Shown here: positions 9,580 through 18,939 of the stretch, piece by piece
How the letters are laid out: each line of letters opens with the position of its first letter
How positions within the stretch are numbered: position 1 is the first letter of the stretch
NCBI RefSeq assembly: GCF_000306885.1
Contig: NC_018267.1
Span: 720,001 to 752,000 of the forward strand
Reading direction: 5' to 3'
From: Wolbachia endosymbiont of Onchocerca ochengi
GTDB lineage: Bacteria; Pseudomonadota; Alphaproteobacteria; Rickettsiales; Anaplasmataceae
DNA length: 32,000 nt
The notes under the pieces: model-generated
What the model was told of the DNA's origin: nothing
The model's database searches: none
What the model saw: only the letters and a program-made list of their open reading frames with translations
Made by a program: the position numbers and the translations under genes

Positions 9580-10341
9580 CTAACTTCCTCCAACATATTC
9601 TTTTATATACTTACAAGTTATCTGGTACTGCATATTAATTTTTCTCTTTATTTTATACAAATTAATCAAATAGTGTGAATACAATATCCATACGACTAAA
9701 AAAAATGTTGCATAAAACATAGACATCACAACTAATGGCAACAGTAAGGAACCTTCTATTGCTATTCCACCACTTCTAAAAATGCTTGTTGGCTGATGAA
9801 GAGTAGCCCACAAGTTCACAGAAAATTTTACTACAGGAATATTTATAGTACTAAAGATGGCAAATACTGCTGCTGATTTTTCAGCTCTTTCTTCATTATC
9901 AAAAACACTCCATAGTGAAAGGTACCCAATATATAGAAAAAATAAGATTAACATTGAAGTAAGCCTTGCATCCCATACCCACCAAGTACCCCAGGTTCCT
10001 TTTCCCCAGATACTACCTGTGATTAAACATATTGCAGAAAAGACTGTTCCTGCAGGAGCAGCAGCATGTGCTAAAACACTAGCAATGCTATTATTCCATA
10101 CTAAAGAGATAAAACTTAGCAATGCAACGAGTCCATATATTCCAAGAGAAAGCCATGCAGAAGGTACATGAAGGTACATAATTCGCACAATTTCTCCTTG
10201 TTTATAATCCTCTGGAGAGAAGATTAAAGCTAAAAATGCTCCAACTAAAAAACACGTGAAACACATAATCTCAAGCCAAGGTAGAGCTTTCTTAGAGAAA
10301 TAAGAAAAATTTGTAGGCTTTAATAAAAACACTTGTTTCAA
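9580..10341 (-). CDS. ccmC: Heme exporter protein C (cytochrome c maturation)
   Basis: 253-aa polytopic protein with the WWD motif WGTWWVWDARLTS and RIMYLHVPSAW. The first codon is TTG at 10341. The N-terminal length before SPEDYKQG fits CcmC, so the non-ATG start is plausible. Confidence 0.9.
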   Translation of the reverse strand: MKQVFLLKPTNFSYFSKKALPWLEIMCFTCFLVGAFLALIFSPEDYKQGEIVRIMYLHVPSAWLSLGIYGLVALLSFISLVWNNSIASVLAHAAAPAGTVFSAICLITGSIWGKGTWGTWWVWDARLTSMLILFFLYIGYLSLWSVFDNEERAEKSAAVFAIFSTINIPVVKFSVNLWATLHQPTSIFRSGGIAIEGSLLLPLVVMSMFYATFFLVVWILYSHYLINLYKIKRKINMQYQITCKYIKEYVGGS

Positions 10342-10489
10342 TAATAATTATATTAAAAATTTATCAATTGGTTTAAGCTTTATCAACAAGATAGTTTTCC
10401 TCTATTTATGTAAACTAATAAATTAACGCAATTTTAGTAGCAAGTTGTTTAAATCTGTACTATTATTTAGTATAATACCTATATAAATC

Positions 10490-11323
10490 ATGGCTCTTAA
10501 AAAGAAGCTTAATCTATATTTAGTATCAGATTCAAGTGGTGAAACTGTTATATCAGTTGCAAAATCAGCTTTAAAGCACTTTCGTTCTGTAGAAACTATT
10601 GAATATGTTTGGTCTTTTGTGAAAAAAGAAGAACAAATCGATAAAATTTTGAAAGGAGTCAATAAGAAAAATGATGAATGCCATTTCGTTATATGCACTA
10701 TTACTGATGATAAACTAAGAAAATATTTAAAAGATTATTGTATAAAATTATCAATTCCTTATAGAGCAATACTGTCACATATTATTAGAGAAATTTCCTC
10801 ATATCTTGAAATTGAAAAAGACGAGAAACTTGATTTACATACTGAGATAAATAACGAGTATTTTCAGCGTATTGAAGTAATAAACTACACTATTAACCAT
10901 GATGATGGGCAAAATATTCAAGATATCAATAAAGCAGACATAATTTTGGTTGGAGTTTCGCGTACATCAAAATCTCCTACTAGCATATATTTAGCTTATC
11001 GAGGTTATAGGGTTGCAAATATTCCTTTTGTTAGTGAGGTGCCTTTTCATGTCGATTTAACAAAATTAGAGAATAAGCTGACAATAGGGTTAACAATAGA
11101 CGTAAATAGGCTAGTAGAAATACGTAAAAATAGACTTACTTCAATCAATAACGAAGGTAATAATATATATGCTGATCCTAAAAAAGTAGAAAAGGAAATT
11201 AAAAAAGCAGAGGAACTTTTCAAACAAAATAACTGGCTAATTATTGATGTTACACAAAAGTCAATTGAAGAAGTGTCAGCAACAATCATACAGCATTTTA
11301 ATAAAATGCGAGGAATTTATTAA
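10490..11323 (+). CDS. Pyruvate,phosphate dikinase / PEP synthase regulatory protein (DUF299 bifunctional kinase-pyrophosphorylase)
   Basis: 277 aa with an ATG start. N-terminal [12 protein letters not shown] and the P-loop-like [27 protein letters not shown] are typical of the PSRP/PDRP family. Confidence 0.85.
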   Translation: MALKKKLNLYLVSDSSGETVISVAKSALKHFRSVETIEYVWSFVKKEEQIDKILKGVNKKNDECHFVICTITDDKLRKYLKDYCIKLSIPYRAILSHIIREISSYLEIEKDEKLDLHTEINNEYFQRIEVINYTINHDDGQNIQDINKADIILVGVSRTSKSPTSIYLAYRGYRVANIPFVSEVPFHVDLTKLENKLTIGLTIDVNRLVEIRKNRLTSINNEGNNIYADPKKVEKEIKKAEELFKQNNWLIIDVTQKSIEEVSATIIQHFNKMRGIY

Positions 11324-11385
11324 TTGACTAATTTCTTGTAGGAATCCACAATGTAAGGTAAGCTATTTTAGTTCTTGTTATAGAT

Positions 11386-11514
11386 ATGAAAGTTAAAGGC
11401 TCACTAAAATCTTATCGCAGCAGGGATAAAAACTGTAAAGTTGTGAGAAGAGGTAGTAAAGTTTACATTATAAATAAAGTAAAGCCAAGATGCAAAGCTC
11501 GCCAGGGTTCTTAA
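11386..11514 (+). CDS. rpmJ: 50S ribosomal protein L36
   Basis: This 42-codon ORF is missing from the ORF track because it is too short. It encodes [42 protein letters not shown]. That matches the long alphaproteobacterial/Rickettsiales-type L36 (MKV..SLK......D..C..V.R.GK..VINK.....KA.QG). Confidence 0.9.
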   Translation: MKVKGSLKSYRSRDKNCKVVRRGSKVYIINKVKPRCKARQGS

Positions 11515-12087
11515 ATATGCTGCTTTGAAACAAGGTGGTAATTTACAATAACCACAAGTATAATGGGACAGCTATGTATGTTCTAATGTGAATGCCTACT
11601 GTGAAATAAAGTGGCTAAATTGCAGCAGATGTATTTATTTTTTTGTTCATCTTCTTTTGTTACACGTTTTTTAGTTTATTATATGTAATAAGCACGGTAG
11701 TTATCTCTAGAAAAAAAGAAAAAGTTGCTGTGTTTAGATACAGTTTTGCTTATTTCTTCTTTTCACTATATTTCAGCATTAGTGCAATTATAGGTAAATA
11801 TAGCTTATTAGTATTAATGGACTTTTTAAAAAAATACAATAAGCTTTTGCTTAAGAATATTTCTTTTAAGAAGGAAAAGTTAAGTAATGAAGTGTTCTGC
11901 TTATATAAAAAAGCTCGAGTTTGGATTCACTTGATGAACAGGTAAAAAATACTTTAGGTTATGTGATCTCTAATGTGAGCTCTAAAGATCTAATGGTTAT
12001 GCTTGGTGATACGAAGTAGCAAAGAAGTTCTACCTTTAATGAAAGAAAAAAAGCCGCTATAATCTAAATAAAAACATTATAAATGAG

Positions 12088-12738
12088 GTGAGAGTGAAAG
12101 ATATTTTATTGGTGCTTTTAATACAAAGTATGTTTGGATTGTCATTGTTTGCGGCTGATCCTATTCTGATTAATTGTATTAAAACGCCAGAAATTTATAA
12201 TCTTGACCCACAGCCGAGAAACTTTAATTTTTCAAATAACTTGAGAAGGAAACCTGGTTCTCCAGTTAGTGCAACAGGAGAATTAATAAATATAGTGGGT
12301 AGAATTACTGATATAAACTGTCTACCAATACAAAATGCTGTGGTTTCTATATGGCATGCAAATTCATACGGCATGAGTCATTATGATGAAGATATAGAGG
12401 AAGATAAACTTGATCTGAATTTTGCTGAGTCAGGAAAATTTATAGTAAATAACCTTGGCTATTATAGTTTTATTACGGTAGCACCTGGTAAATCTGGCGA
12501 TAGAGCTCCACATGTTAACTTTTTGGTTCAGCATCCAGATTTTCCAGAATTCACAACTCAAATGTTTTTTGCTGACTATTATTGCAATAATTATGTTGAT
12601 TCTGTCCTTAGTGGTTTTATTGATAGTGGACTTGCGAACCTTTTGATAGCATCATTTGTTTATAATGACCAAGCCATTAAAACTTACACGTTTAATATTA
12701 CTTTAGGTGGATATAATAGGTTTTCTGGTAAGAGATAA
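12088..12738 (+). CDS. Secreted intradiol ring-cleavage dioxygenase-like protein (protocatechuate 3,4-dioxygenase beta-subunit family)
   Basis: 216 aa with a GTG start at 12088 (alternative GTG at 12094, after a GAGGTG SD-like element). The signal peptide is ..KDILLVLLIQSMFGLSLFA-ADP. The core GELINIVGRITD...VSIWHANSYGMSHYDED...GYYSFITVAPGKSGDRAPHVNFLV aligns with the PcaH pattern GERI.V.GRV.D...EMWQANAGGRYRHKND...GYYSFRTIKPGPYP..RPAHIHF. Confidence 0.75.
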   Translation: MRVKDILLVLLIQSMFGLSLFAADPILINCIKTPEIYNLDPQPRNFNFSNNLRRKPGSPVSATGELINIVGRITDINCLPIQNAVVSIWHANSYGMSHYDEDIEEDKLDLNFAESGKFIVNNLGYYSFITVAPGKSGDRAPHVNFLVQHPDFPEFTTQMFFADYYCNNYVDSVLSGFIDSGLANLLIASFVYNDQAIKTYTFNITLGGYNRFSGKR

Positions 12739-12797
12739 GACTTGTATTTTTCAGTCATTTTGGTAAATATTATTCTGGTTGTATAGAGCTATAAATA

Positions 12798-14261
12798 ATG
12801 AAGATAATAATTTCTAGAATTCCACCTGATTTAAAAACAATAGTTACAGGTTTATTTGAAGGTAACGAAGTTGTGAATAGTAACTATAGTGTTTTGCAAG
12901 AAAAGTGGATTATAGACAATATAAAACAATTTAGTGACTTCAATGGAGACTTTGGTGAGTTTTTCTCCGTTACTTCATTAGAGGGGAAAAATATCATAAT
13001 TATTGGGCTTGGTAAGAGGAGTGAATGGGATGAAAATAAAGAATTAAATATTGGTGGCAAGATATATTGTGAATTAAGCAAATTAAGAATTAAGCAAGCG
13101 GTGATTTCAATTGAAGGTAATGCAGCAAATATCGCATACGGTGCACTTTTACGTAGCTTTAAGTTTGATAAGTATAGAACTAAAAAGGATGAAAAAATTA
13201 CAGAAGTAGAAAAGATCATAGTGTTAGTAAAAAATGAGCGATTAAGTAGTGCTGAAAAAACGTTTGAATGTTTAAGACAAGAAGGTAGAGGTATATTTCT
13301 TGCGCGTTCTTTTATCACTGAGCCACCTAACGTTTTATATCCAGAGTTTTATGCTGACCGTATAAAAGCCGAACTTACTAAGCTTGGCCTTGAGGTTGAA
13401 GTACTTGGTAAAAAGCAGATAGAAGAGAAAAAAATGAAAGCATTGCTTGGAGTAGCACAAGGAAGTAGTAAAGAGCCAAAATTAGTAGTGATAAAATGGA
13501 ATGGAGCTTTAGAACAAAAACCGATAGCTTTCGTGGGTAAAGGTATAACGTTTGATACTGGTGGAATATCACTTAAATCTTCACGCGGTATGGAGTCAAT
13601 GAAATATGATATGGCAGGTTCTGCTGCTGTAGTTGGGGTAATGTGTGCTCTAGCAGGGCGAAAAGCAAAAGTAAATGCAATTGGTGTAGTTGCACTTGCA
13701 GAGAATTCAATAGGTGGTAATGCCCAAAGACCAAGTGATATAGTTACCTCAATGTCTGGTCAGACAATAGAAGTGTTAAATACTGATGCAGAAGGAAGGC
13801 TCATGCTTGCGGATGCTTTATGGTATACGCAAGACAGGTTTTCGCCAAAGTTTATGATTGACATTGCAACTTTGACTGGTGCTATAGTAGTCGCACTTGG
13901 GAATAACGAGTATGCTGGTCTTTTTTCCAATAATGATGAATTAGCAAATTATCTTATTAATGCAGGAAATGAAGTAAATGAGAAACTATGGCGTTTTCCT
14001 ATGAACGAGACTTATAATAAAATTATTGATTCACCGATTGCTGATATGCAAAACATAGCCCCTGTAGGTTCTGGTGGGGATAGCATAATAGCTGCGCAGT
14101 TTTTACAGCGTTTTGTGAACGAAACTTGTTGGGCACATCTAGACATTGCAGGAACTGCTTGGCATGAAAAAGGCACTGACATTTCTCCAAGAGGAGCAGT
14201 AGGTTTTGGTGTAAGGTTGCTCAATAAATTGGTTGAGAAGTACTACGAAATGAGTAATTGA
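12798..14261 (+). CDS. pepA: Leucyl aminopeptidase (M17)
   Basis: 487 aa with the M17 motifs VGKGITFDTGGISLK and NTDAEGRLMLADAL. Confidence 0.95.
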   Translation: MKIIISRIPPDLKTIVTGLFEGNEVVNSNYSVLQEKWIIDNIKQFSDFNGDFGEFFSVTSLEGKNIIIIGLGKRSEWDENKELNIGGKIYCELSKLRIKQAVISIEGNAANIAYGALLRSFKFDKYRTKKDEKITEVEKIIVLVKNERLSSAEKTFECLRQEGRGIFLARSFITEPPNVLYPEFYADRIKAELTKLGLEVEVLGKKQIEEKKMKALLGVAQGSSKEPKLVVIKWNGALEQKPIAFVGKGITFDTGGISLKSSRGMESMKYDMAGSAAVVGVMCALAGRKAKVNAIGVVALAENSIGGNAQRPSDIVTSMSGQTIEVLNTDAEGRLMLADALWYTQDRFSPKFMIDIATLTGAIVVALGNNEYAGLFSNNDELANYLINAGNEVNEKLWRFPMNETYNKIIDSPIADMQNIAPVGSGGDSIIAAQFLQRFVNETCWAHLDIAGTAWHEKGTDISPRGAVGFGVRLLNKLVEKYYEMSN

Positions 14262-14270
14262 CACTTTGGG

Positions 14271-14313
14271 TACTGGAAATTTAGGAAGACTAAATTTCCA
14301 GTATGATTTTTTT
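14271..14313 (+). terminator. Rho-independent terminator after pepA
   Basis: A perfect 12-bp stem pairs TACTGGAAATTT (14271-14282) with AAATTTCCAGTA (14292-14303) around a 9-nt loop. TGA and T7 (14307-14313) follow. It begins 10 nt after the pepA stop, in the convergent gap with rho. Confidence 0.6.
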
Positions 14314-14431
14314 CATTGGTATCGTTTTTTAGTGAAGTGGCAAAATAAAGTAGATAAGGTGACCTAAAAAGCTACTTATATAATAGCCTATCATATACCA
14401 ATTTTTTAGAATTTCTATTGCTAATCTATGA

Positions 14432-15847
14432 CTAATTATTCATGGAGTTAAAAAAATCAGCATTACTTTTTGTTAAAAGTAGTTTGTCACGCAAGAACTC
14501 CATTGCTTCAACTGATCCCATAGGATTAAGTATCCTACGCAGCACCCATATTTTATTTAATATAGCTTTATCAATTAATAGCTCTTCCTTCCTAGTTCCA
14601 GATTTTGTAATATCGATAGCTGGGAATATTCTCTTATCTGCAAGTTTTCTATCGAGTATAATTTCAGCGTTACCTGTACCTTTAAACTCTTCGAAAATAA
14701 CTTCATCCATTTTTGAGCCAGTTTCTATAAGAGCGGTAGCAATGATCGTTAAAGAACCGCCATTTTCAATATTGCGAGCTGCTCCAAAAAAGCGCTTCGG
14801 CCTTTGCAGCGCGTTTGAGTCTACACCACCAGTAAGAACCTTACCGGATGAAGGAATAACTGCATTATAGGCTCGTGCAAGGCGAGTTATGGAATCAAGC
14901 AAAATTACAACATTCTTTTTATGTTCAACCATTCTTTTGGCTTTTTCTATTACTATTTCAGCGAGTTGTACATGCCGGTAGGCAGGTTCATCAAATGTGG
15001 AGCTCACTACCTCACCTTTTACAGAGCGTATCATATCTGTCACTTCCTCAGGTCTTTCATCTATAAGTAACACTATCAATTCTATCTCAGGATGATTTGT
15101 AGCTATAGAATGAGCCATTTGCTGAAGCAATATTGTTTTTCCTGTACGAGGTGGAGCAACTATTAACGCCCTTTGTCCTTTTCCAAGGGGTGCAACTATG
15201 TCAACAGCACGCATATTTATATTTTTTTTATTATCTTCACTAATGTTGTTTTCAAGAATTAAACTCTCTTCAGGGTAAAGGGGAAGCAAATTATCAAAAT
15301 GGACATACTTTCTTAGTTCATTTATCTCAGTAGAGTTTATGCTTTGAACCTTAGTTAAAGTAAAATATCTTTCTTTATCTCCAGGTGGCCTTATTTCTCC
15401 GCATACCATATCTCCAGTACGCAAGTTGAACTTTTTTATTTGTCCATTAGAAATATAAATATCATCAGTACTTGTAGCATAATTTGCACTTGCTGAGCGC
15501 AAAAAGCCGAAACCATCAGGTAATATTTCTACTACCCCGCTTCCTGTAGTAACTCCTCCTTCTTCGCTCATTTTTTTCATTAAACTGAATATCATCTCTT
15601 GCTTCAGCATTCTGCCATTACTTTTACCATTAGTTGAGATTTTTCTTTCTTCAGCTAGACCCAATAGTTCTTCTGCTGTTTTTTTTCTTAATTCACTCAA
15701 ATCTAGCGTTTTTCTGTTTTCTTTTACACCTCCGTTTGTTGTTTGCTTTGCCATATCATTGTTAGGAATTTGTTCACTTTTTTTTACTGGTTCTGGTTTA
15801 GCTGCAACCTTTTCCTTTGCTAAAACATCTTCATTGATTGTTACCAT
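14432..15847 (-). CDS. rho: Transcription termination factor Rho
   Basis: 471 aa with GFGFLRS, Walker [25 protein letters not shown] and [31 protein letters not shown]. Similarity to E. coli Rho is near end-to-end apart from an N-terminal extension of about 48 aa. Confidence 0.97.
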   Translation of the reverse strand: MVTINEDVLAKEKVAAKPEPVKKSEQIPNNDMAKQTTNGGVKENRKTLDLSELRKKTAEELLGLAEERKISTNGKSNGRMLKQEMIFSLMKKMSEEGGVTTGSGVVEILPDGFGFLRSASANYATSTDDIYISNGQIKKFNLRTGDMVCGEIRPPGDKERYFTLTKVQSINSTEINELRKYVHFDNLLPLYPEESLILENNISEDNKKNINMRAVDIVAPLGKGQRALIVAPPRTGKTILLQQMAHSIATNHPEIELIVLLIDERPEEVTDMIRSVKGEVVSSTFDEPAYRHVQLAEIVIEKAKRMVEHKKNVVILLDSITRLARAYNAVIPSSGKVLTGGVDSNALQRPKRFFGAARNIENGGSLTIIATALIETGSKMDEVIFEEFKGTGNAEIILDRKLADKRIFPAIDITKSGTRKEELLIDKAILNKIWVLRRILNPMGSVEAMEFLRDKLLLTKSNADFFNSMNN

Positions 15848-15978
15848 ATACCATAGTCCTCCAAAAATTTTAATTGATGCTTACTAACTTAAAATGCGAT
15901 ACAAGATAATAAAATTAAGCTTAGTTAGCTTTTAGGAAGTACCAAACTTAATTGCCATTAAGTTAAATACTTTAGCTA

Positions 15979-16006
15979 GTTATACTAATATACATTAACA
16001 AGTCAA
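15979..16006 (-). promoter_or_regulatory. Candidate sigma70-type promoter for rho
   Basis: On the minus strand, TTGACT (16006-16001) is followed by a 16-nt spacer and TATAAC (15984-15979). This implies a leader of about 125 nt before the rho ATG at 15847. Such matches arise easily in AT-rich DNA. Confidence 0.3.
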
Positions 16007-16047
16007 GTTAATTTGATGTTAACAAGGTATAAAAATAAATAAGCAAT

Positions 16048-16671
16048 TTAAAGAGTGCTTCGATAATTTTCTTTTATATTCTTTAACCTTTCTCTTCTCT
16101 CTTCTTTTACTTTCGCTTTTTCTATTTCTGTCTCTAAATCTTCTTGGCTACATAAGCCAAGCAGCACAGGATCTTGAGGTTTTATATTTTGCATATTATA
16201 GTGGGATCCATTTTTTATCTGCTCTACTGTATGATTTGTTGTACTGATTAATTTAGCTATGACATTATTATCCAAAATAGGAAATTTTCTTATTAAGTAA
16301 TAAATTGCATCAGGTTTATCTTTACGTCTCACTACAGAGTTAAGCCTAAAAATGTTACCGATTGGTTTATTCCTCCTTTTTTTAAAGGTTTTTGTAACCA
16401 AGTTTGGAATACGATCCAGATTTTTTTTGCAGTCATCAATTTCTTTTTCAGTTATTATTCCAGAGATAATAGGATTAAATCTTTCAGCATCTATTTTTTC
16501 ATCAGCTATATCTTGCACTTCTTCAAGAGTTAACTCACAACATTGAGCTATCTGGCTAAAAGTTAAAGCAGTGTTATCCACTAACCAAGCAGCAATTTGC
16601 ATAAGAAGCTGTTTACTTTTATTATTATTTCTTTTAGAAAGTTCTGATGACATCAGGAAAACATCTACCAT
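16048..16671 (-). CDS. DUF1013-family protein (alphaproteobacterial; the family is sometimes annotated as cell-cycle regulator TrcR-like)
   Basis: 207 aa with an ATG at 16671 (alternative ATG at 16653). The segment LLMQIAAWLVDNTALTFSQIAQCCELTLEEVQDIADEK matches my recollection of the conserved DUF1013 N-terminal HTH-like region. The family assignment is from memory. Confidence 0.75.
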   Translation of the reverse strand: MVDVFLMSSELSKRNNNKSKQLLMQIAAWLVDNTALTFSQIAQCCELTLEEVQDIADEKIDAERFNPIISGIITEKEIDDCKKNLDRIPNLVTKTFKKRRNKPIGNIFRLNSVVRRKDKPDAIYYLIRKFPILDNNVIAKLISTTNHTVEQIKNGSHYNMQNIKPQDPVLLGLCSQEDLETEIEKAKVKEERRERLKNIKENYRSTL

Positions 16672-16793
16672 TTAAAATATTCTTTGCTGTTATATAGAGC
16701 TAAAATATAAGCTATTAAAATTAAAAAAGCATTAATTTTACCACTTAATAATTTCTTAATTTACAATCCTTTGATTTGATCAAGTAAGTAACT

Positions 16794-16813
16794 AGGTCTC
16801 TTTTAAGAGACCT
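16794..16813. repeat. 20-bp near-perfect palindrome AGGTCTCTT-TT-AAGAGACCT
   Basis: Read directly: 9 of 10 symmetric pairs match, with only the central TT unpaired. It lies in the divergent intergenic region between the DUF1013 gene and the ppiD-like gene. Confidence 0.8.
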
Positions 16814-16879
16814 GAAGGAATATTAACTCTCTTTGGATGCAATTGCTTGACTTAAATGTATATTTCAATTCGAGAAAAA

Positions 16880-16908
16880 TTGAATTTTTAAGCTTAATAT
16901 ATTATAAT
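16880..16908 (+). promoter_or_regulatory. Candidate sigma70-type promoter for the ppiD-like gene
   Basis: TTGAAT (16880-16885), a 17-nt spacer, then TATAAT (16903-16908). It lies about 80 nt upstream of the ATG at 16991. Confidence 0.35.
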
Positions 16909-16990
16909 ATTATATATCATAACTAATGAATTAGTAAATTTACAAGAACTAAATTCCTGTTATAATTAACACTAATTAACTTTTGTGTTT

Positions 16991-18799
16991 ATGAGTGTTA
17001 AAAATTTTTTCACTAAAGTAACCATTGTCACTTTGGCCTTTTTATTAATCTTCATGGGGGTTGGTAGTTTTCTATTAGATAATAGTGAGAAAAAGGAAAT
17101 AGCGAGAGTTGGAAAAGAAGTTATAACATTAGATGAGTATAAGTTGTTATATAAAAATTATGGAAATAAAACTCCTGGGTCTGATATTAGTATAGAACAA
17201 ACGAAAAGACTGAAATACGATTTACTTAATGCTCTTATAGAGCAAAAACTATTATTCAACCTAACTAATGATCTGGGATTGGTAGTTGGAGAAGAATCTG
17301 TAAAAGACCATATTAGAAACATCAAGTACCTTCAAAACAATAAAGGGGAATTTGATAGAGAGAAATTTTATGAAATGCTAAATGATTTGCATATGATAGA
17401 GGAAGATTATATAGCAAAGCTGAAAAAAATTCTACCTGCAATGATGTTCATGACCTCATTATTTAAAGGTGGTTATCCAATAACTTTTGGTGAGAAAATT
17501 GATGAACAGATATATAAAAGTCGCTATCAAACCAGGATAGTCGATGTTATTAAGATAACTAAAGATGCAGTTACAGATATTCCAAAGCCAAATGATGAAA
17601 CTTTATTTAACTTGTATGAAGAAAATAAGTCCTACTTTTATTATCCTGAACGTCGAACTGCACAATATATTTCTTTAGGTCAAAAATATTTTGAAGATCA
17701 GGTTCACATTTCAGATGAAGAGGTTAACAGTATAATAGAACAACAAGAGCTTAAAGATCAAAGAGATATATTTAATCTAGTATTTCATAATGAGGAAGAG
17801 GTCAAAGTAGTAAAAAAGGCACTTGATGATGGCAAAGTAAGCTTTGAACAGATAGTAGAAAAGTTTGGTAAAATAAAACTTGAGGAAATTAGAATAAATA
17901 ATGTAACTAAGGATTTTCTACCAGAAGATATGAGAGAAAAGGTATTTGCTCTTAAAGCAGGTGAAGTAAGCGAAGTTTTAGTGAGCAATTTTGGCTGGCA
18001 TATAATAAAGGTGGACAATGTGCATCAAATCTCTGATGAAAACTTGGCTGATTTAAAGAGGGACATAAAATTAATTTTAATCAACCAAAAGTCTTTTGAA
18101 AAAGTTAATGATTTTATAAATCAAGTAAATTATAAGATATATAATGGTGCGACGATTGAAGAGATTTCTAGTGAGTACAATTTGCCTATTCAAACTATCG
18201 GTCCAGTAGATGCTAGTGGAGAAGATCAAAGCGTAAATAATGAGAGAAATTCTAATGATTTGATTTCCTTTATTTTTTCACGGAAAAAAGATCAAAAAGG
18301 TTATTTTAAGAGTATTGGAGATACTGTTGTTAGTGTAAAGATCATCGATATTATTCCATCTAAGATGCAAAGTTTTGAAGAAGGTAAGGCATCAGTGATA
18401 GATCTTTGGCGTAATGAGTTTATAAAAGAACAAATGTTTAAAATTGGACAAAGAATTATAACTCAATTAAAAGAGAAAGTAGATTTTGAGAAAACTGAAG
18501 GTGTAGAACTAATTAAAGACCAGCAGGTACAACGCAATGATGTTGGGCAACAGAATTATCCTTCTTCTTTTATAGAAGAGATTTTTGATATGAAAACAAC
18601 TAATTCAGTAACAGATCCTATTCAATATGATAATGATATTATAATAGGTCTTTTAAAAGAAATATATTCATCAAATGGCAAATTAAATACGTTTGATACT
18701 GGAAGAAGAGTGATGATATCACTAAAAGAGCAATTAATGAGTTATCTGAAGTCAAAATATAAAGTAGAGGTTAACCATGCTATACTTGATGACATATAA
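16991..18799 (+). CDS. Membrane-anchored peptidyl-prolyl cis-trans isomerase / periplasmic chaperone (PpiD/SurA-like, parvulin domain)
   Basis: The ORF-track frame is 16985..18799. I prefer the ATG at 16991 (MSVKNFFTKVTIVTLAFLLIFMGVG, an N-terminal TM anchor). A SurA-N-like region follows, then a parvulin signature ...GEVSEVLVSNFGWHIIKV... Confidence 0.85.
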   Translation: MSVKNFFTKVTIVTLAFLLIFMGVGSFLLDNSEKKEIARVGKEVITLDEYKLLYKNYGNKTPGSDISIEQTKRLKYDLLNALIEQKLLFNLTNDLGLVVGEESVKDHIRNIKYLQNNKGEFDREKFYEMLNDLHMIEEDYIAKLKKILPAMMFMTSLFKGGYPITFGEKIDEQIYKSRYQTRIVDVIKITKDAVTDIPKPNDETLFNLYEENKSYFYYPERRTAQYISLGQKYFEDQVHISDEEVNSIIEQQELKDQRDIFNLVFHNEEEVKVVKKALDDGKVSFEQIVEKFGKIKLEEIRINNVTKDFLPEDMREKVFALKAGEVSEVLVSNFGWHIIKVDNVHQISDENLADLKRDIKLILINQKSFEKVNDFINQVNYKIYNGATIEEISSEYNLPIQTIGPVDASGEDQSVNNERNSNDLISFIFSRKKDQKGYFKSIGDTVVSVKIIDIIPSKMQSFEEGKASVIDLWRNEFIKEQMFKIGQRIITQLKEKVDFEKTEGVELIKDQQVQRNDVGQQNYPSSFIEEIFDMKTTNSVTDPIQYDNDIIIGLLKEIYSSNGKLNTFDTGRRVMISLKEQLMSYLKSKYKVEVNHAILDDI

Positions 18800-18927
18800 T
18801 TAAAAACCTGTTTTACCTAAAGTGCACGATGTCATTTTAGTGCCTACTACTCGAATAATAAAAAAGAAGCGCTGGAATAACAGGAAGAAATGAAAAAACA
18901 GGTTTTATAGTGATAGTTTAACCTATA

Positions 18928-18939
18928 GCCCTATAGGGC
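18928..18939. repeat. GC-rich 12-bp perfect palindrome GCCCTATAGGGC within short CTATAG(G)GC reiterations
   Basis: Read directly from cctatagcc ctatagggc atagggc at 18922-18946. It is an isolated GC-rich element in an AT-rich spacer. Confidence 0.8.

Noticed and set aside
9857-11289. ORFs 9857-10171 (+), 10423-10698 (-) and 11047-11289 (-)
   Set aside because: They are antisense to or overlap ccmC and the DUF299 kinase gene, both of which carry diagnostic motifs. There is no independent support.
11643-11945. 100-codon plus-strand ORF in the rpmJ-dioxygenase spacer
   Set aside because: It starts with TTG and has no ATG for the first 59 codons. It is very T-rich (F/L/S/Y/K product), with no SD and no recognisable family. 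It could be a small membrane protein or a relic, but I cannot support it as a gene.
12884-15066. Antisense ORFs inside pepA (12884-13318, 13378-13572, 14012-14224) and rho (14442-14870, 14875-15066)
   Set aside because: They are shadow ORFs opposite highly conserved genes. Stop-poor antisense frames are expected from the codon bias.
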